NCBI GenBank assembly: GCA_026023565.1
Contig: JAPETS010000001.1
Location: 1 to 64,000 of the forward strand
Direction: 5' to 3'
DNA length: 64,000 nucleotides
Origin: Cirrosporium novae-zelandiae
Lineage: Eukaryota
Both the position numbers and the translations under genes were made by a program. Of this stretch, positions 26,229 to 39,623 are shown in pieces; position 1 is the first letter of the stretch; each line of letters opens with the position of its first letter. Below the pieces are notes generated by a model, which saw nothing but the letters and a program-made list of their open reading frames with translations, made no database searches and was not told the origin of the DNA.

Positions 26229-28195
26229 CTATAGCTTTGCGCCAGAGTTTCTTGATTTGCTTTTGCTACTTGCCTGCCAGCCAAAGCTTAGCTTACCCCC
26301 CTTTCCACTTTCGACCCTTACATTAATGACACAAGGTCCTCCACCCTCCCATTTCCATGCCTCCTCAACCGCGGTCTTTATTTCCGCCTCAGTATATACG
26401 TCCCATCCTTTAGCTCCCAAGTCTTGGCACATTTCCGCTATTTTATCATATCGAACCCCAAAGGATAGCGTTGTGCTTCTCAATCCATTGTTTTGTTCAT
26501 TCTGCATTCCTGGAGGTTCATGTAGCGTATTTGCCTGTAGTTTCTTAAAAGAATCCAGGTCATCAGCAGAGCCATGGTAAACGCCACCATTATTCATTAC
26601 AAATATTATTATATCCATTTCTTGCCGTGCCATGGTTTCTACCTCGGCTAACGAAAAACCAAAGGCGGAGTCGCCTTCTAAGCATACGATTTTCTTCTTG
26701 GCAGTTTTTTGTTGGGCGCCAGAGACAATTGGAGGTGATGCGGTTGCATACGCCTCTGCTGCAGGACCATTGTATGCCATCCATGCTGCAATAGCATACC
26801 CCAAACCAACACCCATAGTTGCATAGGTGCCAGCATCAAGCCGATGGCGTGGAAGTGAAACTGGGAAAATAGATCGTGACATGTCCATTGTATTCGCTCC
26901 TTCAGAAACATAAACTATATCACTCTGTGCTGCCGCGGAACAGGAAGATAATTCGGCCTTGATGATATTTAGAGCACGTGTAATTGACATTGGAGAGGTG
27001 GATGTCTGAGCTTTCCGCAGAGCAGAGGCTTCATTCTTTTGTTTTGAGTCCGAGATATGTTTTATGTATTCAGAAACTGAGCTATCAAAGTGCCAGCTTG
27101 AAAACTCGTGTATCAATTGTGGAACAAATGCATTCAAATCTGCAACTACACCCAGAGAGGCAGAAGCAGAGTTGCGACCAATTTCTTCGGCAGAGATATC
27201 AACCTGTATAAAATTTGCGTCCGGGTTCCATTTCGGAGCGTCACCAAAGTGTAGGATCCAATTCAAGCGTGCGCCAAGTACCAGTATGACATCGGCTTGA
27301 CGGAGAGCGGTGCTACGTGCACTAGCAGCATTCAATGGATGAGAGTCAGGCAAGACACCTTTTCCCATCGGGGTGGGTAGAAAAGGAATCTTTGTATTTT
27401 CGACAAGGGTAGTAATAGAGGCTTCTGCACGAGCATATGCTGCACCTTTCCCAATCACGATAAGTGGTGCCTTGGCCGATTTGAGAAGTTGGGTAATTTT
27501 GAATATTTGTTGTTCTGCGGCGGTCGGGCCTGGAGGTAATGGAATAACTCTTGAAGTTGTATTTGGGGGGATTGGTGAGGATGTTGGGAGAATGCCCTGG
27601 ATTAAATCGGCCGGAAGGTCGACAAAGGATGGTCCTGGGCGGCCATAGAAACTTGTTCGATAAGCATTACTAAGGGAGTCAAATATAGACTCAAGAGATG
27701 AAGGACGTGCAGCAAGTTTTGTATGGGGGGAAAGGAATGATATAGCATCAAATTCCTGAAAGGCACCCCGAGTGACCAGATGTGTTTCTGCGGATCCAGC
27801 AAGGACAAGGAGCGGGAAAGCATTTGCAGATGAGTTGCCGATCTTTAGAAACAAATAATTAGTTTATGAATACAATGAATACTCGAAGTCATGAAAGAGT
27901 GCTCGGCGCGAAATGATAGCCATTAGGCTTGGAATTAACCTACGCCAGCTATAGCATGTAATACGCCAGGTCCACCAACAACTAAACAAACTCCAGGTCG
28001 TCCAGTCAGATATCCGTATGCGCTCGCAGCATAACTAGCAGCTTGTTCATTGCGGAAGGCGATGAAACGTATTCCTAGGTTGATGGCCTCTTCTGCGATT
28101 TCAATAACGGGAATTCCCACCAAACCGAAGATGACAGTAACTCCCAAGTCGCGGAGTCCGCGTGCAATGAGCTGTGCACCGGTCGGAGAAGACAT
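26229..28195 (-). CDS. HACL1: Peroxisomal TPP-dependent 2-hydroxyacyl-CoA lyase (oxalyl-CoA decarboxylase family); intron 27943-27843
   Basis: [44 protein letters not shown] and the TPP motif EGDSAFGFS...NN. The protein ends in PTS1 -AKL. Confidence 0.93.
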
Positions 28196-28644
28196 GACAA
28201 ATAATAAAATTAAGATGGGCAATTCGATTGATGTTCAGAGTTACTGGCTTGCGCCAGCATGATCACTGCTTCATGTAAAGTATTTGGAGCCTCGGGTAAG
28301 CAAATTACGAGCGATGATGTCAGGAGTATGAATTATGGGATTGAGTGTCGATCCTCTGGTCCATACGAACACCCTATACCCCTGCGATGGCTAGCAGAAA
28401 TATGAAACATCTGATTCGGCTTGCTATAGGAGTCAAACGTCCTGATTTTGCATCATTATTTGGTGTACTTAGTATTTACATCCAGAATGCATGCATGCCA
28501 TTAAAAAAATTCATTACTCCAAACTTTTGGGTGTCACAATAAAAAATGTTATATACAAGCTAGTCTCTATCGAGGGAATTATTTCATCTTTTCAATACAT
28601 ACAATAAAAGTAGATGGTGTTTAGTCTTGGAGCTGCTATTGCTG

Positions 28645-30718
28645 CTACTCCAAAGATGCGCCACTCTCATCCCCACTTTTTTTCTCCTTTTCGTTGATAA
28701 TTTCCTCGCCCATCGTCTTCTGACTCGGCAAGGTATTTCCTCTTGTCCTCTGGAAGAAGGAATGGACATCATCAGTCCACGCATCATCGTAGTCTTCTTC
28801 ATCAGGACGACCTTCCTTGTCCTTTTCTTGCTGTTTCTTCTGCATACTGGTTTCCCATTCTCCTCTAAGTTCCTCAATCTTCTGCTTATAGTCGAGCTCC
28901 GAATTGTAATTCTTGCCAATTCCGCGCATACGTTCCCATAGAGAAAGATGCTTTGGGTGAATGGCAATGCCATGATATTCGGACTCTTTCCCAGCTCGTA
29001 TATAGCTCCACCGACGTTCTTGTTCTTTGAGATCAAGGCCAGTGGTATCCGGAAGGAAAAGCCAGGTCAAAAGCATGCCGGCAAGACCGAACCATGGGAC
29101 GACATAGAATTTAGTTTGGGTATCGATATAGTTGTATAGGATAGCGGCGGTAAGAGCACCAAGCTTTCCGCACGCCGCAGAGAAACCATGAGCAGTTGCT
29201 CGGATGGGGGTTGGGTAAACCTCGGCGGCGATGAGGAAGGTTACACAGTTGGGGCCAAATTGGTTGAAGAAGGATGAGAGGAAGTACATTGCCTGGAAGC
29301 TATGAACGTGGGGGAGAGAACTGTAGTAGGCGTAGTGAAAGGCTGGGATGACGAAGAGCAAGAAGTCGGCAAAAAAACCAATCATCTGCATCCATTTACG
29401 GCCATAGAGCTTATTATCGATCATAAAAGATGCGAGGTAATAACCGCAAAGGGAAACCCCGACGTTGCACAGGTTCCACAGCCAGTTGGTGGTAACGGAG
29501 TCGGTGTTGGGGCTAAGCACACTGATGAATTCGGACTGGAACAGCTTGTTCCCATAGAAGAAAACATCATTGGCGTACCAGGTTCCAGCGGTGGCGAGGA
29601 GACGCGGACCAAAATGTTTGATAGTTAGGCGGAGAGATTGGGTATCATATCCGGTGATATGGGTCCTTCTCTTGGCAGCGTTAAGTTGTCGGCTGGCTGC
29701 CTTCATCTTATAGGCACGATAGTAAACCAGCCAGAGAGTTCCAACAGCTGGAATGGCAAAGGAAATTCGGTAGGTCCATTGAACAGCGACGGCAGAGTAG
29801 GGAGGATTACCACTTCCATGATGGAAGATGAGTAGCAAGAGGATTAGAAGAACTTGATTGAAGAATTGACCCCAGCCTTGCATCAAGAAGGCACTCGTGA
29901 CCTTTCGACCACGATGAAGGCGATCCTCTTTGGTGGATATCTTTCCTGATCCTACAGCATTCTCCATACCGGCGGTGGCGGTCATTGGATATTCACCCCC
30001 AACACCAATACCGTAAAAGAAGAGGGACCAAGCATAGCAGATGACCCAACCGTTAAGAGTGGTTCCCCAGGAAGCCGTCAACATAACGAGACCCAAAAGC
30101 ATAATAACAGCATCTTGAATGAGACCCCAGCGGCGACCAATCCTGAAAGGCTATTAGTAAAGAAAGATGATCGTTTGGGTGTACATACCAATCTCCAAGG
30201 ACGCCAACCAAAATCTGTCCAACAATGATACCAATAATTTCCAGATAATCAATGGCAAAAATCCACTGTTGGTTGCAAGTAGTAGTATCCTTCCAACAGG
30301 AAGGCCAGACGGCTTGAAACATTGGCTTGACATTTCCGATAGAGAAGAGGACATATCTGGTGACGATTAGATTCTACTGCATAACGAAGCTGTTAAGCTA
30401 TGATTTGACTTACCCTTCAAGACCTAGACCTGCGCCGGGAATAACCATGTTTCGAAAATACCACGCTACAGGTGATAGAGGGTCTGCTTTCATCATGGAG
30501 CCAATAGTACGAAGCTCTCGCTTTGTTTCTTTTGCATCATTGGAAGACACAAACTTGGCTCTCTTTGAGAGAGGCAGATCAGCCCAGTAGACACCACTGC
30601 TGTCATAAAGATCGTCGGGTTTTAAAAGGTAGTCGAAAACCTGGCGCTCATTGTCGGTTAATTGATGGATGTCCTTTGGATGGCTAATCTCATCGCGGGC
30701 AGGAGTTATTTCCGCCAT
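28645..30718 (-). CDS. MFS inorganic phosphate transporter (Pho84/PHS-like); exons 30718-30414, 30356-30189, 30142-28645
   Basis: GDWIGRR, GIGVGGEYPMTA, MQGWG and NQFGPNCVTFLIAAEVYPTPIRATAHGFSAACGKLGA motifs; ~12 TM segments; introns preserve frame. Confidence 0.9.
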
Positions 30719-33280
30719 CGAGGGATCGGGCTAGGAATAAAAAATAGCTGAGACCTAATGTAGGTTTAGGTCGATAGTCAACAATGCAAAGATAAGACCA
30801 AGTAGCAGCCTATTCAATCAAAAGACAAAAAAATGTCTTAGATGACAATGAAGGCGTGGGCGTTGGAGGAGGGAGGATGAAGGGATAACAATAAGTAATT
30901 ATACCCAATTATTATCCTTTAAGGAGGTCGAATAGAGGGGGGAGCAGTAAAACTGTAAGATGGGTGGATCCAGTATTTGCAGCTTCTTAGGATCAGTTAA
31001 ATGATGGATGGACCTAATCGGGAAAAAGCGAGCGTGACAAGGACGAGAGGTCACGAAGCTAAGCTTTTGGATGGTACACGACGGCAGGCCACGGGCTTGG
31101 GGCTTGATGCTTGAGAGGCTTGTTATACTTGGCTATAGATAAACGATGTTCACCCGTAGTTCCTATAACAAAGATCCCAATCACGGTCCTCAAACAAGCG
31201 CTCTGGTTGGTCAGTTTCTTCTCGTTCGTCAGCAGGTCGATGGAGACGAAACGAATAGTCCCGGGAGGATTTTTGCCAAGTAGGGAAGAGATCTTAAGCT
31301 GAACGATCTATAGGTACAGTTTCGTCAGTGGCAGAAAACCGATAGACTTGGTGTTGATGTTATTGTCGGCCGTTGAAATTGTCCACAACACCAGTTAACG
31401 TTCAACCAAGGTTTGGGTGTTTGTAGTAAAGATGAAAGTTTTCAGGAGAGACAGATGCTTGACGGATTTCCGGACTTTTAATCCAGGCAGTGCTCTGTTT
31501 TATGGAAGGATTTGTTCTAACTGTTTGGGAGAGTTACAACGGGCGTGAAGGCTGAATTGGTAGATGTAGCAAAAGCATTGCCACTGGTTTGTGCTGGTTT
31601 GGTGGAGTCATATTGAATGGTACGATATTAAAGGTTTTAATCAGTTGTTTACCCAATTGATGTTGAAAGCTTGAGCTTTCTCGGGCGTGCGTCTCCCAGT
31701 ACCAGGATGATGCTCCACTAGGTAAAAATATGAATCCCGGAGTTAGCACCACAATATTAAAACATCGAGCTTATCGACTTATCGACTTCGACTTATCAAA
31801 TTATCAATACTTTGGTCCTACGTCGTACAATTTTGCCCACCATCTGTTTTCTTTTTTCCTTGTTTTTCTCGCTAATTTTTTTCTATCAATTCACCCTGGC
31901 ATGTTGATTGGCAGCCTTTGGGGATTATTCGAAAAAACAGCTTGATGGAGTTTGGATTCATGAGCGGATTGGTCATGACAGAAATAATTCACTCGGGTTG
32001 AACCAAGTGAGTCCGTGACAGATGGATATTAGTTAACCGTGTTTTTTGTGCCGTGTATCAAGGTGGAGGTTACTCGAGTAGATTTCAGGTATTGAAGATG
32101 GAGGTTGAGAGAACCAATCAGAAAGCAATGAGGAACAACGTGCAAAAATTAAGCAGCATGATTTGTGTGTACGTCAGTCTCGGCCTGGACTCTCAGACCT
32201 TCGAGTTGTCCTGGCTGGGGAACCTGCTGAATCACCGACACCCCGACCCCAATGCCCTTACGAATTATTTGATGCTAGACTGAACCAGGAAAGTCGTATA
32301 GCTTTGTACCTCAAATTCAGAACCATGTAAAAGTATACAAAATAATTCCCCTTTGGTGGTTCTTAGCTCTTAGCTCTCTTAACTATTTGCGCTTCACTAC
32401 ATTACCTAATGATTCTGACATTTCCTTTCAAACATTTATCTATTGACCTGCCCGACTTCTCTCTGCTGTTGTTTTGGCCTTGGATCAAACAACAACGAGG
32501 TCCTTAATGCGCCGGCACATCCCATCGCTTAAAGTCAACACTCGTATTAGCCATCGAGGACTGTCGAACGAACACTCAAACGATGGCTTCAATTATCATC
32601 AATGGAGATTCCCATCAGATGGTGGACAACATTGAAGTGGAAAATGTCAAAACACCCGAATACGAGCCGCAAGACCCTAAATGTCTTGCTAGCATTATAG
32701 ATAAAGACAAGGATAAAGAATGGTGAAAAGGTTGAAAGAAGCATACTACTTCGGATGATTATCGCGTCAACCGACTCATTCAGACGAGTATCGCTCCGTA
32801 TGCCGCGTCTTTGGAATATCTCTCTCCAGTTTTCAAAATGTTCATGTGTGCTGATATGAAATGCCAATAGGTTGTAGTTATTCGGGAACATTCTCCTTCA
32901 CCATTTGACCCCCTTTAGTGACTTGAACAGAAACATCTGAGACGATATGTATGGACCAATGCTATTTGGATGATGATTGATGTGTTGATTCACAAAGCCG
33001 AAAGAACTTTACCAGCGAAGATGATGAACACAATTGATTATATTCCAAGTTGAGAAAACAGAACGAAAGGCGATAGACAATTTCCCGTGGCTGATTCAAA
33101 AGGTTCCGATTGTCTCATGCAATGCCCGACGATCATCCCTTACCGCATCTCATCAAGGGCTTATTCCGAAAATGGTTTAAATGATGGGTTCAAATGATGA
33201 CATTACAAAGGGTCCGAGACAGACTTTAGCACAGGCGTGAATGTGCTTTTATAAAATTATTACGTGGTTCTGGAATGATT

Positions 33281-33288
33281 GCACGTGG
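33281..33288. promoter_or_regulatory. GCACGTGG E-box; candidate Pho4/NUC-1-type site
   Basis: Exact CACGTG with G flanks, lying between the phosphate transporter and NPP1. A single 8-mer may be chance. Confidence 0.25.
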
Positions 33289-34470
33289 CACACGGTATTC
33301 TTCAGCGTAATGACAAGGGGCCAAGGATAACTATTTCAAGTAAGGCAATGACTAGCAGCAGTTAGGAATATATCAAGGTAATAGATTAAGGTAAGGAGAA
33401 GCTCCAAGCTCATGCATCTCGGCAGTTGCGGATGCAAGTATGCGATTCAAGGAACGAGGATAGTGGTGAAGCGTGACCTGTCAGAAAGGCGTTGGGTCTT
33501 TTCCCAAAAGCTCCGTCGTTCGTTGCGAAAAAGTTGCCTGAGGTCCCTTGCACCTAGAAATTCCAATTAACATGAATGGCTGTTTGCAGTGATGAAACTT
33601 CAACTCGAAACACACAATAGAAGATTCTTCATTAATTTTCTTTATGATGAAAATAGAAATGATGAACTTCATGATGAATGCAGCATGTCCATTATTCAAA
33701 TTTGATATGGCGATCGCAATCATGGGGAGCCAGTCAAGTCTTCTGAGAATGATGATGTTTCTCTTGGTTGGTGGGGTTGGATGGGCAGTGTGGTTGAAAG
33801 CTAAAGGGAAAATCAGTATTCTTTTCGGTTTGGTTTAGGCTTGGCACAATATCTGATACGATTGAAACCAAGACTTAGAGAAGCCTAGTTTTTCCCAATG
33901 ACATCAGTCCGGGCAACTTAAGTCGAATAAGTCGAAATAAGTCGAATTTACCTCACCTGGATCGTCAGGAGTTTGAAAGTATCTGAAACTCCCGAAGAGA
34001 CGTTGCGGTCCTCCCCCTGTTCTTCTATGGCCCATGGCGCAAAAGGTCTAAGGTGGAAAAATCTGAGCACAACGACAAAAAAGTATTCTACGGATACCGA
34101 GGAGTTAGTACACAATGTGGGTTAGCTATGGTTAGTTATGATCAGCTATGGAGTAATTCTGAATAAACTGTCGCAAAAAGTTTGAAAACGGTCATAAGTC
34201 GCTCTTCGCCCTCGACCTCAAAGTATCCTTATCAACATCTCCAACTTTTTGTGTCCGTTTGCAGAAGCCCTCCTCCCCCCGCCCTCACTTTCTTTCTCTT
34301 TAATCCATCATTGATTTGATTGTCCTCCAAACCAAACATCCACCTCGCTCTTTCAAGTAGTTCCTTTCATCGGTCTGGTACCGAAAAACTACTTCTACCT
34401 GTCGTCGCCTGTCAAAGTCCTCACCCTGATCATCACTCCCTGCAGCTCTTAAAATCTACAGACAGCAATC

Positions 34471-34986
34471 ATGCATTTTGCACATTCACTTTTGGGCCTC
34501 TATGCCCTGGTCGCTGTAGCGGTTAGTCAAGAAGACCCTCTTAGTCTAGCTTTAATTCCTGTGACCACTACCACTCTGAACATTACTTCTAATACCGCAT
34601 CATTTCAGACCTCTACAACTGTTGTGACTACAACTACTACTCTCAATACCACCAAGGCTACTTCCACCGCCTCCGCTACTCCTACCAATACAACCCATAG
34701 TACCTTGACTTCTGTGATCTTTGCAAACTCCACGGCTGTTGCAGGTACTAGCAGTCTCCCATCAACCCTTTTAGTAGCTTCATCGTCTCCACTTCCCACC
34801 ACTGCTAGTGCTCCCATGAGCTCCGGTAGCTCTGAAAGTTTTAGCAGTTCAGAGTCTTCGGGAAGTACTGAAACTGCCAGTAGCACCTTGCCTACTGCTA
34901 CAAGCTCTGGAGCAGATGATTTGAGTGTAACATTCGGCGCCATGGCGGCTGTTTGTTTTGCTGCAGGTGGTTTCTTATTATTTTAA
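34471..34986 (+). CDS. Ser/Thr-rich GPI-anchored cell-surface protein (171 aa)
   Basis: N-terminal signal peptide, S/T-rich body, SSGA omega-like site and hydrophobic C-terminal tail. Confidence 0.88.
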   Translation: MHFAHSLLGLYALVAVAVSQEDPLSLALIPVTTTTLNITSNTASFQTSTTVVTTTTTLNTTKATSTASATPTNTTHSTLTSVIFANSTAVAGTSSLPSTLLVASSSPLPTTASAPMSSGSSESFSSSESSGSTETASSTLPTATSSGADDLSVTFGAMAAVCFAAGGFLLF

Positions 34987-35676
34987 ATGTGGGAAAGCTA
35001 TAGCTTCGACAAGACATGCGGAGTCGGTCATTCATGGAGGGGATATTACACGGCTTCGACAGCATTGTATGGCAGTGATTGGCGCGGATGGTTTTCGGTG
35101 TTTGACCCTGTGGGTGGATGATGGATGACTGACTGGACTTGGGGATTCACTGTAATCCTTTCTTTTTCGGGATAGAATCCTGAGGGAAGAGTTTTTGAAG
35201 TTGGCTTGCGTGGCATGCAGACACATAGGATAACCTTAACTAATTATTCGAGTTGAATGGTCAATGGACATGTCAATGATCCAATAATTTAATACTTTTT
35301 TGTTTGTACATGAGTAGTTTTTCAATTTTGCTTACATTGCTTACATTGCTTACTTTTTACTTTTGTCAAGTATACTTTAAAGTACTTTTGATGCAGGGTC
35401 TGCTGGGATTGGTGGCACGGTGGCACGGTGATTGATCGGGGTTCCCTAAGTTGAAGTTTCAGGGGTTTTCCGGTTCTTTGTGCCGGCAAACCCCTTTAAC
35501 CTTTGGTTTTGGCCTAACAGTAGACGCTCCCGCCTCAGGTGTCTAGCGCGACTTGCGACTTGCGACATCAACACCAGGGGCTTAGCCATTTACAGCCCCA
35601 ATAATTATATTTCCATTTAGTTGCTGGCCACCTAAATGCCAAATAATTCAATTGTATTAAATAACACATTTTCAAC

Positions 35677-37946
35677 ATGTCTCCATTGGAGAAGGCTGAT
35701 CGGAGTAATCGCAACAATGACCGCCTCTCCCCTTCGCGCTATGACGATGATGCTTCATCCTTGCGCTCAGCTTCAGACCAGGAAACCGATTCCGAAGATG
35801 ATGAGGTCCTTTTAGGCGCCCGAACTTCTGCAGAGATAGTCGAACATGACCTTTCCATACTTCGGGAGGAAGAGGAACGCGAACGTCTCATTACTGGGAG
35901 CAATAAGAACAAAGGGCTAGGAATACGACGGATATTCAGTGGAGGACATGATGAAGAACCACAGATAAAAAAGATGCACAAAAGGGAACAAAGAAAACAA
36001 CGGCGACGAGGGGAGAGAGCCGCACGAAGAAAGAAAAAAGGAAAAACCGATGAAGAGGGTGAGCTGATGTATGAGATGGAGGAGGGTGCTTTTAGAGATA
36101 GTTCCGATTCTTCAGGCATATCATCGGATATTGATTACCAGAAATTTAGCCATACCTTCAATCGAGAGGTGAGCCTACGCAGTGTGGCTAATTGAGTTGC
36201 GCTAATGGAATATAGAAATCCTCAACTCGCCAAAGGCGATGTACATTGGCCCTGATACACGCCGCAATCGTCGTTCTTTTCGCTATATTCGTTCTTGCTG
36301 CATGGAAAGCTACCCACACGTCCAACAAGCAACTCATTCATCCTGGCATATTGTCCAATGGCACATCTCTCTTTGCTCCTACAACGATTCTCATATCTCT
36401 TGATGGGTTTCGCGCCGACTTCCTCAAGCGCGGCCTTACTCCTACCTTGAATTCTTTCATTGATGAGGGTATATCTCCTCTGTACATGCTCCCTAGCTTT
36501 CCTAGCGTTACATTCCCTAATCATTTCACACTTGTTACTGGCCTCTACCCGGAAAGTCATGGTGTCGTTGGAAATACCTTTTGGGATCCATCACTCCAAG
36601 ACGAATTTTATTATACAGATACATCAAACAGCATGCAACCAAAATGGTGGGATGCAGAACCAATCTGGGCGACTCTGGAGAAGCAAGGAATTCGCACCGG
36701 CATTCATATGTGGCCTGGCTCCGAAGCTCATATCGGTGGCATTGAACCTACCTACGTAGACAAATTCAATGGCACTGAGGAACTTTCTCGAAAAGTTGAC
36801 CGAATACTTGAGCTTCTAGATCTTCCCGGCACTAACGATACGGATTCTGAATCTCAGGAACAGCGTCCCCAGCTCATTGCGTCGTACGTTCCCATTGTCG
36901 ATGCCGATGGCCACAAATATGGCCCAAACAGCACTCAAATCCGCTCTACAATAAGTCGAGTTGACACAATGCTTTCACAACTTTTCAAAGGCCTTGAATC
37001 TCGAAACCTTACATCTATTGTGAATGTCATCGTTGTTTCCGACCACGGTATGGCCACCACATCCACCAACCGACTCATCCAACTCGAAGATCTTGTCAAC
37101 CCTGAACTCCTCTCCCATATAGACGGCTGGCCCCTATATGGTCTCCGCCCCAAAAATTCAGAAGACCTCCAAGCCATCTATGCTTCCATTCTTAACAAGA
37201 CAAAAGAAAATCCCAATGTCGAGGTATACCTTCGTGATAAAAACATGCCCAAACGTTACCACTTCAAAAATAATGACCGCATAGCTCCCCTATGGATTAT
37301 CCCCAAGACTGGCTGGGCAATTGTCAAGAAAGAGGATTTTGATGTTAATAGAGCGCTAGCTGCCGCAGAGGAATACCATCCGAGAGGGTTGCACGGCTAT
37401 GATCACGAACATCCACTAATGCGTGCTATTTTTATTGCCCGTGGGCCCTCTTTTCCGCACAGGAAGGGATCGAGGGTAGAAATTTTCCGTAAGTTCCCAT
37501 ATCTGCACAGCCCCATTGCATGCATGTATAAATCTTCCAAGAGACTTGTACTAAGAGCATCTCCCACAGAAAACACAAACGTCTACCCCATCCTATGCGA
37601 CACCTTAGATATCGAGCCTCTCCCCAACAACGGAACCCTGCGCCTCCCCCTAAAGCCGGTAGGCCTGCACTCTGATCCTGACGCTTCTCCCCTCGATACC
37701 CCTTCTGACCCTCCCCCATCGAATGAAATCCCCACAGACCAAGACCAAGACAGCGACGATGATGAAGGCGAAGATAAAGATGAAGACAAGGACGATGATG
37801 AAAATGAGGACTCCAAAAAAAACATCTGGGATATCATCGGCGAGAAAGTCGCCTCTGCCAAGGGCTGGGCCGAGGCGCTATGGGGGACGGTCAAGGATAA
37901 AACTGGGTATGGAGAGGAAGGGGAAGAGGATGGGACGGGTCGATGA
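35677..37946 (+). CDS. NPP1: Ectonucleotide pyrophosphatase/phosphodiesterase, type II membrane; introns 36169-36215 and 37489-37569
   Basis: LISLDGFR, PSVTFPNHFTLVTGLYPESHG (catalytic Thr), DADGHKYGP, VSDHGM and HGYD motifs; single TM after a charged cytosolic N-terminus. Confidence 0.94.
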
Positions 37947-38467
37947 GGAACTATGAAGCCATGTACATAATAAACCTCTTGATGTGATTTGTAGAAAATT
38001 GGCCGGTAGTCCTGTGGAGTTTGATTTTTGGCATGCGTTTGTTAGCACCGATGCTATGGGAAAGCATGGAAGCATAATGTGGAACGAGTGTTTTTTTCAG
38101 GTGAATTACTTTTTTTTGATACCACCTATGGTTCACTTCTGCCTTCTTCATTTGTCAATCAATCAATTGTTTGCGACGAACCTAAATTGGGGTTTCAGTA
38201 GTGATTGACGTAGATACATGGTATAATAAAATCAGAAACGCATCAATTATAACATTTTTATATCTTTGTCCTGTTTCCTCTTTTTTGTCTTTTCGTTAAC
38301 GATCCCTATATATAAGCCTACTAGTGTCCAAGCCCTATCGATTTAATACTGCTAATTATTTCATGTTGTATAACCGCCACTATGTTTGAGAAAGAGATGG
38401 TATCTAAGACAACCTGGACGAAAGTATTATGGCCTTACACTTTTTACTGCTACGCAGTTAGACACTA

Positions 38468-39623
38468 TTATGTACTTCTCTCTGGACCTACCTTATGACT
38501 CTTTTCCTCACTGTCAACCCCAAGCCACAGCAAGTCAGGACGACTATAATGCCCACAAGAATCAGCAAAAGATCTCGATTTGAGAATATCATCCATATCC
38601 AAGTTCGCATAGATGATACCCTCTGCCTTTTCGTCAATGTCAAGAGATATTTGTCTCCCATCGGGGCCGAATATGGCTGAGCTTCCGCCGCTGGGTTTAT
38701 TCATCAATGCACCGGAAACAGTACCCATTCGATCAATGCCTTCCTGGCTGATAACTGAGGTGGTGTGTAGGGTAAAAGTTTGTGACTCGATGGCGTATGT
38801 TCGGGACAGTGTGCGACAACCTATCTTCATCAGTATCTAGCATCTCGTCCACAGGAAGTGATGAGGTTCAAATAACATCCTTCAGGAGACTCAAACTAAC
38901 CTTCCTTCGACATCGACCATAGATCCTCGCCCCCGCTGTGTTCTGAAACGGGCGGCCATGCCGCAACATGAATTTCCTCCCTCTGCAAAAACGTATGATA
39001 TTTCAACAACGGCTGAATGTGTTCCCAACAAGCTAGCGATCCCACTTTCCCAACCCCTTTTATATCACAAACATTCAGCAAACTCTTCCCTCCCGCATCT
39101 CCAAAGACCGTCCGTTCCATATGAGTTGGTTTCAGTTTCCGCCGATGCATTAACAGGGCTCCATCGGGGCCAATCGTACACTGTGCAATATACAGGGAAT
39201 TGCCATCATTTTCTGAGAAGCCGAGTGAGACGGCGATGGAGTGTTTCTTCGCGCAAGCGCGGATAGTATCCATTTCAGGGGAGGGGACGACAAGAGAGTT
39301 TTTCATATAGGTTGTTGAAAGCTTGAAATCGCAGAGGCGTGACCTTTCCCAAGTGTTCTATCAGTTATTATCCTTTCTCCTAACATATTGTTGGAGTGGA
39401 CTGGGAGTTACCATATCCAGGCCGGATACCCTGGTATCCAAAGCTCGGGGAAGGCGATGAGCTTTGCATTATTACTTGCGGCTCCGGCAATCAGATTGCA
39501 TGTCTTTTCTACCGCCTTGGGAAGATCAAGCCATGCAGGTTCTACCTGCGTGACGGCGACGCGGATGAGGTTTAGAGGATCCTCAAGTTTGGCGGGCTTG
39601 GTGGGTTTATTATCGCTAGCCAT
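38468..39623 (-). CDS. Nitrilase (branch 1, aliphatic/arylaceto-nitrilase-like); exons 39623-39412, 39343-38901, 38820-38468
   Basis: E-K-C triad in [22 protein letters not shown] and LACWEH; C-terminal [12 protein letters not shown]. Confidence 0.93.

Noticed and set aside
22950..28195. Secondary-metabolite cluster around the MBOAT gene
   Set aside because: No PKS, NRPS, terpene synthase or P450 nearby; the neighbours are unrelated in function.
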